64,000 nucleotides of DNA, taken from an uncultured candidatus Porisulfidus sp. GTDB lineage: Bacteria > Pseudomonadota > Gammaproteobacteria > Poriferisulfidales > Oxydemutatoraceae. Of this stretch, positions 51,412 to 63,600 are shown in pieces (position 1 is the stretch's first letter; each line of letters starts with the position of its first letter). The notes below the pieces were generated by a model. That model saw only the letters and a list, made by a program, of their open reading frames with translations, made no database searches and was not told the origin of the DNA. Location of the stretch: NCBI GenBank assembly GCA_965215125.1, contig OZ244052.1:1856001-1920000 (forward strand), in the 5' to 3' direction. The translations under genes were made by a program, and so were the position numbers.

Positions 51412-53021
51412 GGGTGTTCGACGACCGGGCTACCTATTTGTTCGGCCATCTCGGTGTTGCTAATTTGACTGTTTTCAAAACCGACGGTGCGATAGTCTTC
51501 ATAGTGTGCCTTGATAATTTTCTCAACTCCGGAATCGTATTCGGGTTTAACGACATGGGTGTAAGAAGGCGGTATTTTTATCACTTTGCCGTCTTTGACC
51601 ATCAATTCCCCGTTTTTGAATACATAACGAGGGTGTGCAAACATCTGTTCTACATTTTGCGAGGGTATGTAGACGACGACATCGGCATCGGCACCGACCC
51701 CTAAATGTCCTTTATTGCGAAGCCCCAAACTACGCGCCGGTGCTGCACGGGTCATTATGGCAATTTCGTACAGAGAATATTCTCTTTTGATACTGTCTAA
51801 AGTTGACATTTTTCTGGCTTCGGGGTGTAATCTCGAGAACATATCGATGCGATAACTGCGATCCATCAGCAAGCGTATCAAGTGCGGGTAACTCGTAAAA
51901 GGTGCGCCGTTCGGATGGTCGGTGGTCAAGAAAACACGCCACGGATCTTTGATTAACAGGAAAATTTCCAAGCCGATCGCCCATTGTAGTGCATTGACGA
52001 ATTTTTTATCTTGGTAATGAAACGGCACCACCCCACAACCGGCTTCGGCTTCTATATCCATCACCGTCCATTTATCCGGCGAGGCATGCCGATGGTGTGC
52101 ATATTGCATCATATTATCGCCGGATGTAGTGACAGTCTGACCGAACATAATCTGCCCGACATCGGTAGTCAAATGAGGATTGTTGTTGATGGCTTCGGAG
52201 ATCTCGGCGGCAGCGGATGAAAAACGTTGATCACCCTCGGTGCCGTAGCTATGAAATTGTATATGCGTCAAATGCATCGGATAACCGTCGGCAGCCTTGA
52301 TCGTGTCCAGCGTCGTTCTATAATTTCCCGGCACCCCCAAATTGCTGGCATGGACATGCAAGGGATGCGGTGTATTAAGTTCGTTGAGTGTTCGCGTCAG
52401 ACATTCTACGATTTGACGCGGTGTGACACCGTAAGGAACCGAGGCCTCGTCTATATCGAGCTTGCGCTGATTGAACTTGAACGCGTTGATGCCGCCGGGG
52501 TTGACTATTTTAACCGCGATCGCTTGGGTTTTGTCTATCATCCAAGCGACATAGTCGCGTATGGTTTTGGGGTCGGCTTTGGTTGCCAACAATTTCAAAA
52601 ACAGATCGGTATTTCCGACCATGATATAAGCACCGGTATCGACGCAAGGCGTATCCGCCATTTCCAAGTGTGCTTGCCGCGCATTGCAAGCGAGCATCGC
52701 CGGTTCAAAACCGGCGGTGTATCCCATCTCGGCATAGCGGATACCGGCATTGTGAGTATCGAGCGCATCGCCTTCGCACCCCGCTCCGTGTACATCGTTC
52801 ATCATACAGCGTGCGATATTGACTTTGCCACCGCCGATATGCGTGTGTATATCGATCGCCCCCGGCATCACCACGCTGCCGGCGATATCATATACGGTAT
52901 ATTTATCGGTATCGTTCGGAGACGGAATAATTTTTCCATCCTTTACATAAATATCGGCAACCGTACCGTCGACCCCGTTGATCGGATCGTAGATTTTGCC
53001 GCCGGTTAATTTAATCGTCAT
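51396..53021 (-). CDS. fhcA: Formyltransferase/hydrolase complex subunit A (FwdA-like amidohydrolase)
   Basis: IDIHTHIGGGK, K.VNPGG, HVHASNLG.PGN, QWAIGLE and TTDHPNG. Confidence 0.96.
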   Translation of the reverse strand: MTIKLTGGKIYDPINGVDGTVADIYVKDGKIIPSPNDTDKYTVYDIAGSVVMPGAIDIHTHIGGGKVNIARCMMNDVHGAGCEGDALDTHNAGIRYAEMGYTAGFEPAMLACNARQAHLEMADTPCVDTGAYIMVGNTDLFLKLLATKADPKTIRDYVAWMIDKTQAIAVKIVNPGGINAFKFNQRKLDIDEASVPYGVTPRQIVECLTRTLNELNTPHPLHVHASNLGVPGNYRTTLDTIKAADGYPMHLTHIQFHSYGTEGDQRFSSAAAEISEAINNNPHLTTDVGQIMFGQTVTTSGDNMMQYAHHRHASPDKWTVMDIEAEAGCGVVPFHYQDKKFVNALQWAIGLEIFLLIKDPWRVFLTTDHPNGAPFTSYPHLIRLLMDRSYRIDMFSRLHPEARKMSTLDSIKREYSLYEIAIMTRAAPARSLGLRNKGHLGVGADADVVVYIPSQNVEQMFAHPRYVFKNGELMVKDGKVIKIPPSYTHVVKPEYDSGVEKIIKAHYEDYRTVGFENSQISNTEMAEQIGSPVVEHPCRTP

Positions 53022-54285
53022 TTTGTCGACCCAGTTGAAGTTGTATGTCTCGTAGTATTTCGTGCAAGGCCGGAAGTGCGCTGTCTCGCAGTTTGCGGAG
53101 CGGCAGTATTATAACACCGTCGGTGCGATAACTATAGCCGGTATGGTCTACGCCGGGGACACCGCACGGCACGACTAAATCGTTTGTTAATTCTTCGGCA
53201 ATCTTAGGATGTGCAAAAACAATCGTCGGCAAGTCGCTCGGCGGCGGTGGTTCGGGATGGATGGAAGCGATCCAAACGAGTAGATCGGCGCGGCGGTTTT
53301 TTAGTAGCTCGGGCGTGCGGTTATGTAGCGGGTTGTAGTATGTCTGCTCGGAATTAAACGATAGACAGCCCGGATAACCGCTCTGCCATAAACAGACGCT
53401 CTGCGCGTTACCTGCTCCGCGATTACCGCTCAATACCAAGCTGACGCAACGTTTTCTCAAGTTTATTTTTTTGATTACTCGGGCGAGTAACAGGATGCCT
53501 AAATCGGCATGTGGATAATCCATATCCTTAGCCGACCAAACGAAAGCCGGATACTCGGCGCGTTCTATATCGGCTGCGAGTGTTGCATAGAGCGTGCTAT
53601 CGTCTTTATCGTTTTCAGGCTCGGCTTCCGAGTGTTGCTCGAATTGTTTGCCAAATTGTCTATCGATGTGCATCCCGAGTTTTTGTATCACATCGGGGAA
53701 TGCTTCGGGTGGAGTATTCACGATATCGCAGTCCGCCTTCAAAATATCCGGTATGTTTTCAGGTTGCCAAGGACCGATTAAAACCGATTTTTTTTGAGTT
53801 TTATTCTTATAGATTCTCTGAAGCAATCGTGGGTAATCGTCGAATAAACGGCTGCCTACAAAGATAAGCAAATCGGCACGGCGATGTATTTCCGAGAGTG
53901 TGGCACCGACGATGCCGAAACCATGCATTATTCTAAGGTTGCGTAAAGTTTTATCGCTGTCTGCATGATCTAAAGTTGCATTGCACTGCCTAGCCAAAGG
54001 CACCAAGGCGCGCATCGCTTGTATGTCGGTAATCAACCCGCCGAACAAAGGATGTTTGGCTCGTTTGAGCATTTTACTCGCCTCGGCAACGGCTTCGGTT
54101 TGCGTAATCTCTTTGCCTTTATGGCGAGGTTTGGTCGTAGAGATTTGAGATGCGTTTTCGTAGCTCGTACGGCAAAATGCCGGTAAGTTTTCGTCTACGA
54201 TGAGTTTGCCGTTGTTGCTTTTAATGTTTAAGTCATCGCATGTCAAAGCACAAAACGGACAAGTCGCATGATCAAAAGTCTTCAT
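53011..54285 (-). CDS. fhcB: Formyltransferase/hydrolase complex subunit B (FwdB-like)
   Basis: CPFCALTCDDL, RADL, WQSGYP and PG.DH.G..YRTDG...LPL; first gene of the fhcBADC order. Confidence 0.9.
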   Translation of the reverse strand: MKTFDHATCPFCALTCDDLNIKSNNGKLIVDENLPAFCRTSYENASQISTTKPRHKGKEITQTEAVAEASKMLKRAKHPLFGGLITDIQAMRALVPLARQCNATLDHADSDKTLRNLRIMHGFGIVGATLSEIHRRADLLIFVGSRLFDDYPRLLQRIYKNKTQKKSVLIGPWQPENIPDILKADCDIVNTPPEAFPDVIQKLGMHIDRQFGKQFEQHSEAEPENDKDDSTLYATLAADIERAEYPAFVWSAKDMDYPHADLGILLLARVIKKINLRKRCVSLVLSGNRGAGNAQSVCLWQSGYPGCLSFNSEQTYYNPLHNRTPELLKNRRADLLVWIASIHPEPPPPSDLPTIVFAHPKIAEELTNDLVVPCGVPGVDHTGYSYRTDGVIILPLRKLRDSALPALHEILRDIQLQLGRQNDD

Positions 54286-54433
54286 TCGGTTTATTTCTAT
54301 GAGTTAGGGGTTATTGTGCATATCGGGGAACTATTATATAACATCATGTGGGGATAAATCATTCTTATCGGCAAATGTTTTATATGCCACGCCGTATAGG
54401 TATCTATTACATAGACATCCGGAGGGACAAATC

Positions 54434-54454
54434 ATTCCCCTCCGTTGGAGGGGA
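54434..54454 (+). repeat. Family A first hairpin only
   Basis: ATTCCCCTCCGTTGGAGGGGA. Confidence 0.65.
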
Positions 54455-54664
54455 TTACTGCCTGAAGGTGTTGTATTATGTGACTCATATCATTATCCGC
54501 TTATACGAAATGTCAAAAAAAAATAAAGATATGCAAATATAGTATAATACGCTAAATGTATATCGTTGTTCCATGAACCGTATTAAATGAGTTTATATAT
54601 CATTTTGTTTTAATTAAAAAAAGGGAAATATAGTTATAATACGATACATGTAAATTGTTGCTCT

Positions 54665-57600
54665 ATGAACCATATTAATAAATTTATATATATCATTTTA
54701 TTTTCATTCACATTGTTTGCAAGTGAAGGAAATGCACAGACATCTACGCCTACGATAACGGTTTCTATTTCGTATGATGGTCCTGCTTCTGTATACGAGA
54801 GTACGGTTGAGCGGCAATCTCGGGTAGATAACCAAATCATCTCGGACCTCGGAGACAACAAAATAGGATTCACCCTTTCTTTAAGTCGCGCGTTGACCGG
54901 CGGCGAGGCCTTAGATGTGGGGTTGAACATCATCGGTGAGCGTGGTTTTGATATAAACGATTTAGTTACACCTAGTTTGACCCTTGCGACCGGTCGCTCC
55001 GGCGTGAGCCTAGCCGATACCGATATGCTCAATCCTTATGTTCGCTTCAGGGGTGGAAGTCCAACAACCGCCGGTTTAGTGTTGCGCATAAAAAACGACA
55101 ATATACTCGAAGAGGATATCAATTTGAGCGTTGTTATCGGGGCAACGAGTGCTACGAATATCGGGGCAACGAGTGCTACGAATATTCCCCTTGTTACCAA
55201 AGATAACACCGCCGACCGTTTTAGCGTAAGACTGATGGACGATGAATACACTTTTTGTTTTGATCGGAACAGCCATGTATTCGCCGAGAATATCGGTACC
55301 GCAGAATTGGGTTTGCGAGTTGCAGGTCCGGACGGGGTGCCGAGGCGATTACCTAGAGATAGCAGCATAAATTTTGCATACCGAAACATTACCGCTAACA
55401 CATACAACAATCTTGATCGGGTTCCTTCCCGCCGGGTAGATTATCAGGCAATACACTCGGGGTCCGATTACTTAAACCTTGATATGGGAACCACCGAATA
55501 TACTTTGGCGATTCCGATAACCAACGATACTCGGGCGGAGCCGGATGAAAGGTTTGGAATTGCCGTGGTTGGTCTTTGTGACGACGAAACGATAGTCACT
55601 ATCCGCGACGACGACAGAATTGCAGCCGACATCAAAGCAGACCGGCCTTCAATAGCCGAGGGTGGCGATGTGACATTCACGATTTCGCTACGAAGCAGGA
55701 CCAGCAGCGAACTTGCAATGCCGACCCCGCTGCCGAATAGTGTTCAAATCACCGTCTCGGACTATCCGGGCAGCGATTTTATACCGCAAGCATTCGAGAG
55801 TACCCGGCACATTGCGCTCAATACGATGCCGGGACAGACTATGGTCACTGCTTCTTTCACCGTTCGTACCGTCGATAACAACCAAGACGATAGGGTGCAC
55901 CGAATACGTGCCGAAATCTCCGAACCACCCGATTATGACTCTATCATCGGGAGCGTTGCTACGGTTAGCGTTCTAGACGACGAGCCTAGAGTATCCATCA
56001 CTGCCGCCGCAGAAGGAATCTACAAAGGCGAGGATGCGGTATTCACGGTGGAATTAGACACACTTACGGAAAACAATACAACGGTGGGTTTGAGGGTCGC
56101 AGAAAGCGGAGACGAAGATTTTATAGACGACTCGCAGTACGAAGGCATCCGCACCGTTATCGTTCCTGCGGGCAGGACGCAAGCGGAATATACGATTCCC
56201 ACTGCACCGATAGACGACGGCAACAGTTCGGCTGTCGGCGGTGTCACCGTAAGCATAATCGCCTCGTCTAACGAAACTTACACCTTAGGCGACCCCAATT
56301 CCGCAACAATCGCTATCGTAGATGTCCAATGCGGTTATATCATCGATGTCGATGCCGACGACGACGGCTTAATAGAGATTTGCGATTTGGACGGCTTGAA
56401 CGAAATCCGATATTCCCTAGACGGCAGTGGACATAAAGCGAGTCCCGATGCGCCATTGAACACCAGAGGTTGCGACGAGGACGGAGATAACGATGGTGTG
56501 TGTAGAGGCTACGAGCTCAACGGAGATTTAGACTTTAACGATGCGGACAGCTATCGTTCGGGTGTTGTAAATCGCGGCTGGATCGAGAGTGTAGGTTGGC
56601 CACCGATCGGCACTATACTTGAGAGGTTCTCCGGGCAATTTGAAGCGAACGGTCGCAACATTGCCAATCTTTATATAAACCGTCCGACGATTAACAATGT
56701 CGGTTTGTTCAGAGAGACTGCACCGTCGGCGACGATTAGGCTTCTTAGATTGTCCAATGTCAATATCACGGGTAGGTCGGGAGTCGGTGCCTTAGTCGGT
56801 ATCAACGAAGGCATTGTCGGTGCCGTAGATATCATAAACGGTCGTGTGATCGGTCGCGGCGACAACATCGGCGGCGTGGTCGGCATCAGCGAGGGTGCCG
56901 TCGTCGGTGTCAATATATTGCTCGAGGCGGTTAGCGGTGGCATTGTTGAAAGACGTTGCCGAGACAACCTTGAAGCAACGAATTGTGCCGAAGCGGAGAA
57001 AGTTGCAACGGTTCTGGAAAACGGCATCAATGTCGGTGGTTTAATCGGTGATAACAACGGCAATGTTGCCAACAACTTCGTCTCCATCAATGTATTGGGT
57101 GCGAGCCGTGTCGGTGGTTTGATCGGTTTTAGTTCGGCAGGCGTGCAAGGCGGCAATGTAGTCAACGGCAGTGTGCGTGGCAACGAATACACCGGTGGCC
57201 TGATAGGCTACAGTATCCATTCCGTCTTAGATAGCATATCAAGAGCCGATGTCGTGGTTAACGGTTCCTACGCCGGCGGCTTGATCGGTTATGCTTGCCG
57301 GCTCAGGTCCGGCACGCGTCGGTGTCTATTGCCCGGCGAGGTTTTAGATTCCGCCGGCGCGGCACTTCAAATCACCGGCAGTTCGTCACCACGCGGCGAT
57401 GTAGAAGGCGGTGATTATACCGGGGGTCTAATCGGTTTTAGTAGCATCGCAATCACCGGCGGTTCGTCACGCGGCGATGTAACAGGCGGCGATTATAGCG
57501 GCGGTTTAGTCGGTTATAGTAGCGACGACATCGTCGATAGTGTCGTCGAAGAAAGCACGGTTTCGGCTAAGGACTATGTCGGAGGTCTGGTCGGTTTTCA

Positions 57601-60600
57601 TTCCGGTAGGCAAATTATCAACGGCAAGGCAACCGGTATTACGCTGACCGGTGGTAGCAATCTGGGTGGTCTGGTCGGCATGTCGGAAGTAACAACCGCC
57701 GTTAGTGTAATTACCGATGCAGTCGCCGAAGGCAGTATTGTGGGTGATACCGTTATCGGCGGCTTGGTCGGCCACGCTTCTGCGTTGCGAGTCACCGATA
57801 GCACGGCAGATGTTCCGGTCACGGCGATGGATAGCGATGCCGAGAATGTCGGCGGATTGATCGGCAGAGTAGAAAGCGGTAGCATCACCGGCAGCCGTGC
57901 AAGCGGCGATGTTCGAGGTAGTTTCCACATCGGCGGCTTGGTCGGCAATGCCGGACAAGCGGAGATCGGCGATAGCCATGCAACCGGTAATGTCAACGGC
58001 ACCGCCCATAACGTCGGCGGTTTGGTCGGTAGCATAAACGGCACTCGCATCGAAGACAGCTATGCAACCGGCGATGTGCGCGGGAGTTATCATATCGGTG
58101 GCTTGGTCGGCATCGGCGAACAATTAAACATCGGTCGTAGCTATGCGATCGGCAATGTAAACGGTAGTGCTTATAACATCGGTGGTTTGGCAGGCTATCT
58201 AAACCGTGGCAATATCACCTTCGTTTATGCAACGGGTTCGGTGATAGGAGACAATAGTGCCGACCCCGGCGTAGATAATAATGTAGACAATGTCGGTGGC
58301 TTGGTCGGCAGGGCAGACGCTATCTCGCTCGTCAACGGCTATGCTATCAATCCCACGGTATCCGGTGTCGACAGAGTCGGTGGTTTAATCGGTATTAAAT
58401 CCGGGGGTTCGGTGCGCATCGCGTATGCCCGAAGTTCGGTTTTAGGTACTAACAGAGTCGGTGGTTTGATCGGCGATAACAACGGGCGGGTTGCTACCAC
58501 CTATGCGGCGGGCAGGGTTTCGGCAAGCGGTAGCGATGTCGGTGGCTTAATCGGTCATAACCAAGCGAGTAGGGTTAGAGTCTTTACCGACGGCGAAGTA
58601 GAGGATAGCTACTGGGATATCACCGAGAGTGATACCGCATCGAGCGATGCCGGGATAGGCTTTAGCGATCTCAAAGTCGCAACCGGGCCCAGCCGACTTC
58701 CCGACGGTATTTTTTTCCGCTGGCGTAATGAAGATTGGGATTTCGGTACTGCCGAGCAATATCCGTGGCTCAGAGATGCTAGCGGCGAGGTTTCTCTACG
58801 GCAAAGTGGGTTGACCGATATCACTTTCAACAATACCGCATTAACACCACCTTTCGATTCGGGCATATCCGAATACTATGTGCTGTTAAGCCAAAATTTG
58901 CAACAAGCCACACTGAACATCCGCTTGAACTCGAGCGATGACGTTGTCGGTGTCGTCAAAGTCGGCGACACCGCACCACCTACCCAAGTGCGAGGTGGGG
59001 GTGATGTGGCTATTACCCTGAACACCGATCTTGAACCCACCGTCTTTATCGTCGCCCAACGTTATCGGGTACAAATCGTTAGCGAGTTGAGGGTAAATAT
59101 CGCTACGGATCGGCAAGACCGAACCGTAGAAGAAGGTCAACCCCTGCGCTTGACCGTTGAAGACAACATCGTCAATGCACTTCCGCTGACTTACACTTGG
59201 CGGCAAACCGCCCCGAGCAATAGACTATTGGCGGATGCACTGGAGACGGGCATCACCGTCGATCAACCCGAGTTTGTTATCACGGTTCCCCCCGCTATCG
59301 TGCCGCCGTTGGAAAACGAACTCGCTATCACCTTAGAAGTAACAGCGAGTGGTGATATCGCCGGTTCCCCGCAAAGTAGCACCGTGCAACTGCGTGTTCT
59401 AAAAGCCGATAACGGTGTTGGCGTTTTAACCGCGCCGAGTTATGTCGCAGAGACTTCGGCATTGGAAGTGCCTAATTTTATGCAAGATATCGCCACCGAC
59501 CCCGACGGCGAAGCCGACGATGCCGATCAAAACATCCGCTATCAATGGCAATACGACAGAGACGGTTCGTGGGAAGACATAGACGGTGCGCGCGATGCTC
59601 GCTACGACACCTCCGAGCGCAATGTGCCGCCGCTTACTCGATATCGACTGCAAGCACGCTACATAGACGGGCAAGGTTACGATAACACCGTGATATCGCA
59701 AGCGTCGGAGCAGATCGTAGACGGAGATAGAGACGGCATGATAGATATCTATCATCTGGAGGATCTAAACTTGGTCAGATACCGGCTCGACGGTGGTGCC
59801 TATACGACACGACCGGATGATGCCGGATTAACCGGCGGTTGTCCCGGCAGCGGTTGTTTCGGCTACGAACTCACCAGAGACTTGGATTTCAACGACTCGA
59901 ACAGCTATGCTTCGGGCGTAGTCAATTCGGACTGGACGGTTGAAGACTTCGGCGTCCCTGCCGATACCGGCTGGCAACCGATAGGTGAGGAGGACTTGAA
60001 TGTCTGCGACTCTTCACCGAACAGCTGCTTCACCGGCGTTTTCGACGGCAACGGCTATACGCTATCCAACTTGCAGATCAACAGAAAAGGAATATCGGAT
60101 AATGCCAATATCGCCTTGTTTGTCGGGGTGTCCGGTGATAATGCCGTCATACGCGATATCGGTTTAGTCAACGCAAGGATAGAGTCTTTTAGTACTAGGA
60201 TACTGCCCTTTCTTAAAGTTGCCGGTTTGGCAAGTATCAACGAAGCCAAAATTATCAACAGTTATATACAAGGTCGAATTGCCATAGAACATGCCGTAGT
60301 AGGCGGGATTAGTAGTTTGAGTAGGGGAGAGATTATCAACAGCTACGCAGACATCGACATTCGTGTCGAACAGAACCTCTTTTTTCAAAATTATGTCGGT
60401 GGCTTGGTCGGAACCGTCGTGTCGGGTCTGGTCGTCAATAGCTATGCAATCGGTCGTATCGGCGGTGGTCATATAAACACCGCAGGTGGGCTGGCGGGAG
60501 CTAACGATTCGGGTAGAATTATCAATAGCTATGCATCGGTTGACTTCGACTCGCAAACTCGAGATGATGCTTTTTATACGGTAGGCGGTTTGGTGGGACG

Positions 60601-63600
60601 TCTGATAGAAGGAACAGACGGTGAGGGTGCCCTCATTCACAATAGCTATGCGTCGGGTGCAATCATCTCCCGAATCAATGTTCCTCGGGACAGCCCGGAC
60701 TCGGTAGATATCGGTGGCTTGGTTGGTTCTGTAGGTGGCGGTGGACATACGATCAGTAATAGTTATGCGGCAGGTCTCGTTGCCCCCCAAATCACAATCA
60801 CTCAAGCGGGTACCGATGTGAGTGACTATTTAGAGATCGGCGGTTTAGTCGGTTCGGAAATAAGCGGCGATGCTTCGTTGGCAACCATAGCGAGCTATTG
60901 GGACTCCGATGCCGTGGGGCAGAGAGACTCGGCAGCCGGTATCGCACAACTACGCGTGCAGATGCAACAAGGTAGAGCGCAGTCCAGTGACATCGATAGG
61001 GTGTACTTTAGGTGGCGCGATGCCGACTGGGACTTCGGTTCGGTCAATCAATATCCGATACTCAAATACACCGCACACCCCGACACCGATCGCGACCCGA
61101 TCTGCGATGCGCCGGGAATGCCCAGATGCGGCGCGCTCATTGCGCCGCTGTTTCGCAACGGCTTGGAAAATTTAAGAATAGTCGGCACCGAATTATTCCC
61201 ACCGTTTGCAAGCGGGAGTACGGACTATACGGGTACCGTCGATCTATCCAGGGATTCGCCCGTTGTCAGCTTGGTTGCCACTGCCTTCGACGCCGATGCC
61301 CGTATCGATATTTACGAAGCCGACGGTGAAACATTGTTGGTGTCCGATCTCGCAAGCGGCGAACCCAGTAGCTTGTTTCCGTTCACCACGCAAAGTCGCC
61401 GTTTTGTGATAGAAGTCAGAGGTGTAGAAACGGTACGCCAATCCATCACACTCAATCGCCGCCTCTATAGCATTATCGACTCTTTGGAAGATCTTAACGC
61501 AATACGCAACTCATCCGAAAACTATCGTTTAGTCGGAGATTTAGACTTCGAGGACGATGCCAGCTACGAAAATCCTGATACAAACAAAGACACATGGACA
61601 GTGGATAATTTCGACGTCCCCGGCGATACCGGTTGGCAGCCGATCGCTTCCTTTAGCGGCACTTTAGACGGCAACGGCTATACGATATCCAACTTGCAAA
61701 TCAATAGAGATAATTCCGATAATGTGGGCTTATTTACTGAATTACTAGGAGAAAATGTCGTTGTAAGCAACCTCGGTTTGATAGATGTCGAGATAGAAGG
61801 TAGAGGAACGGTTGGCGCATTAGTGGGTCGGAATGGTGCCGGTGCGACGATAGAAAACTGTTTCGTCATTGGCAGCAGTGCCGGAAAGAGTAAAGTCACA
61901 GGAACGGATATAGTCGGTGGTATGGTTGGGCGCCATGACGAAAAATTTGCCAAAATCATCGATAGTTATGCCGATGTTTCCGTAAAAGGGCAAAATGAGG
62001 TAGGCGGGTTAGTCGGCCTCGTAGCAGCTGCCGGGATAGTCATCAATAGCTATGCCACCGGAAATGTCCAAGGGAGAGAAGATATAGGGGGTTTAGTCGG
62101 CACATTGAACCAAGCTTTTGGGTTCCCCCCGCTCTTTGCGCTCACAATGATTATCAATAGTCATGCCACCGGCGATGTTACCGGCCTGCAGAGTATCGGT
62201 GGTCTTGTCGGGGATTCAAATGACAGGATCATCAATAGTTATGCGACCGGCAATGTTGAAAGCACCTATAACGGCACCGACCCGGTATCCATAGGTGGAT
62301 TGGTGGGTAATAATCGGACCGGTGGCACAATAGTGAACAGCTATGCCACCGGCGATGTCGCAGTCACCAATACCGTATCTGCACGCGCCGCTACATCATC
62401 GATTTTACTCGGTAGTTTGGTTGGTGACCCTGGCAATGGTACTGTTAGGAATAGTTATGCAACGGGCAACATACCCGGAGTTATACGACAAAGAGTAAGC
62501 GGCAGAAACAATTACGACGGGTTTATCGGCGATAATGATAGTGGCCCGAGAGTCACCGCAAGCTACTGGGATAGTCGCATAGACAGCACTGACCAGCAGA
62601 TAAGAAGCCAAATCAGTCGGCGAAGAACGAGAGATTTACAGGATCCTACCGGTCCAAATTATAGTGAAGGTAATATAACGGTTTATACCAACTGGAGTAC
62701 CGACGATTGGGATTTCGGTAGCAACACGCAATACCCGATACTAAAATACGCCCAAAGCCCTGCCATAGGCGATACCGGGGGAAGTTGCGGCGATGACGGT
62801 CTGCCCTCGTGTGGCACCTTGATCTCGTCCGAACTACGCTACGGCTTGAGTGAAATTGTGCCACTCGACGGCGAGCTGCTCAGTCCGCCATTCAACGGTA
62901 GTCGTAGATACTATTACGGGACGGTCACCCTCGACCCGGACGGCAAAATCAGGCTGATAGTCAGATCGTCGGCTATCACTGCGGGCAACATCGCTATTTT
63001 CGCCGGTACTGAAGAAACACCGGTGGGTTCCGAGTTTTCGGTCGGCGATGTCAGCGACGAGATCACTCTGGTTGCCGGCATCAATCGCATCGTCGTGGAA
63101 GTCAGCTTGCTCGATTCGGCAACACTGCCGTTCAGATATCAACTCTATCTCGTATCGGAAGGGGCAACGGATGCCGTTGCTTCTCAAACGCCGATCAACT
63201 ATTTGGAAGACCTCAACTTAATATCCAACGCATCACGCGACGGCAAACGCGACAACTACATATTGAACAGAAATCTGGATTTTGAAGATCCCGACAGTTA
63301 TCGCAACGCTGCTATGAACATGCGTCGTTGGGTTGTGCGAGACTTCCGTAGTACGACCGATACCGGCTGGACACCTATACCTCTAGGAACCAGAGACAAC
63401 CCTCTTGATCAGTTTATCCTTGACGGCAACGGCTACACGATATCCAACTTGCAGATCAATAGAGATAATGATGTTAATATAGCTCTATTTTCTAGAATTT
63501 TTTCTGTCGACGAAGACGTTTTCGGCGAAAACGTTTTCCATGTAATACGCAACCTCGGCTTGATAAATGTCACCGTAGAAGGCAGTCTGAATGTTGCTGG

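Noticed and set aside
52227-53009. 260 aa plus-strand ORF
   Set aside because: It is antisense to the well-supported fhcA and has no recognizable motifs.
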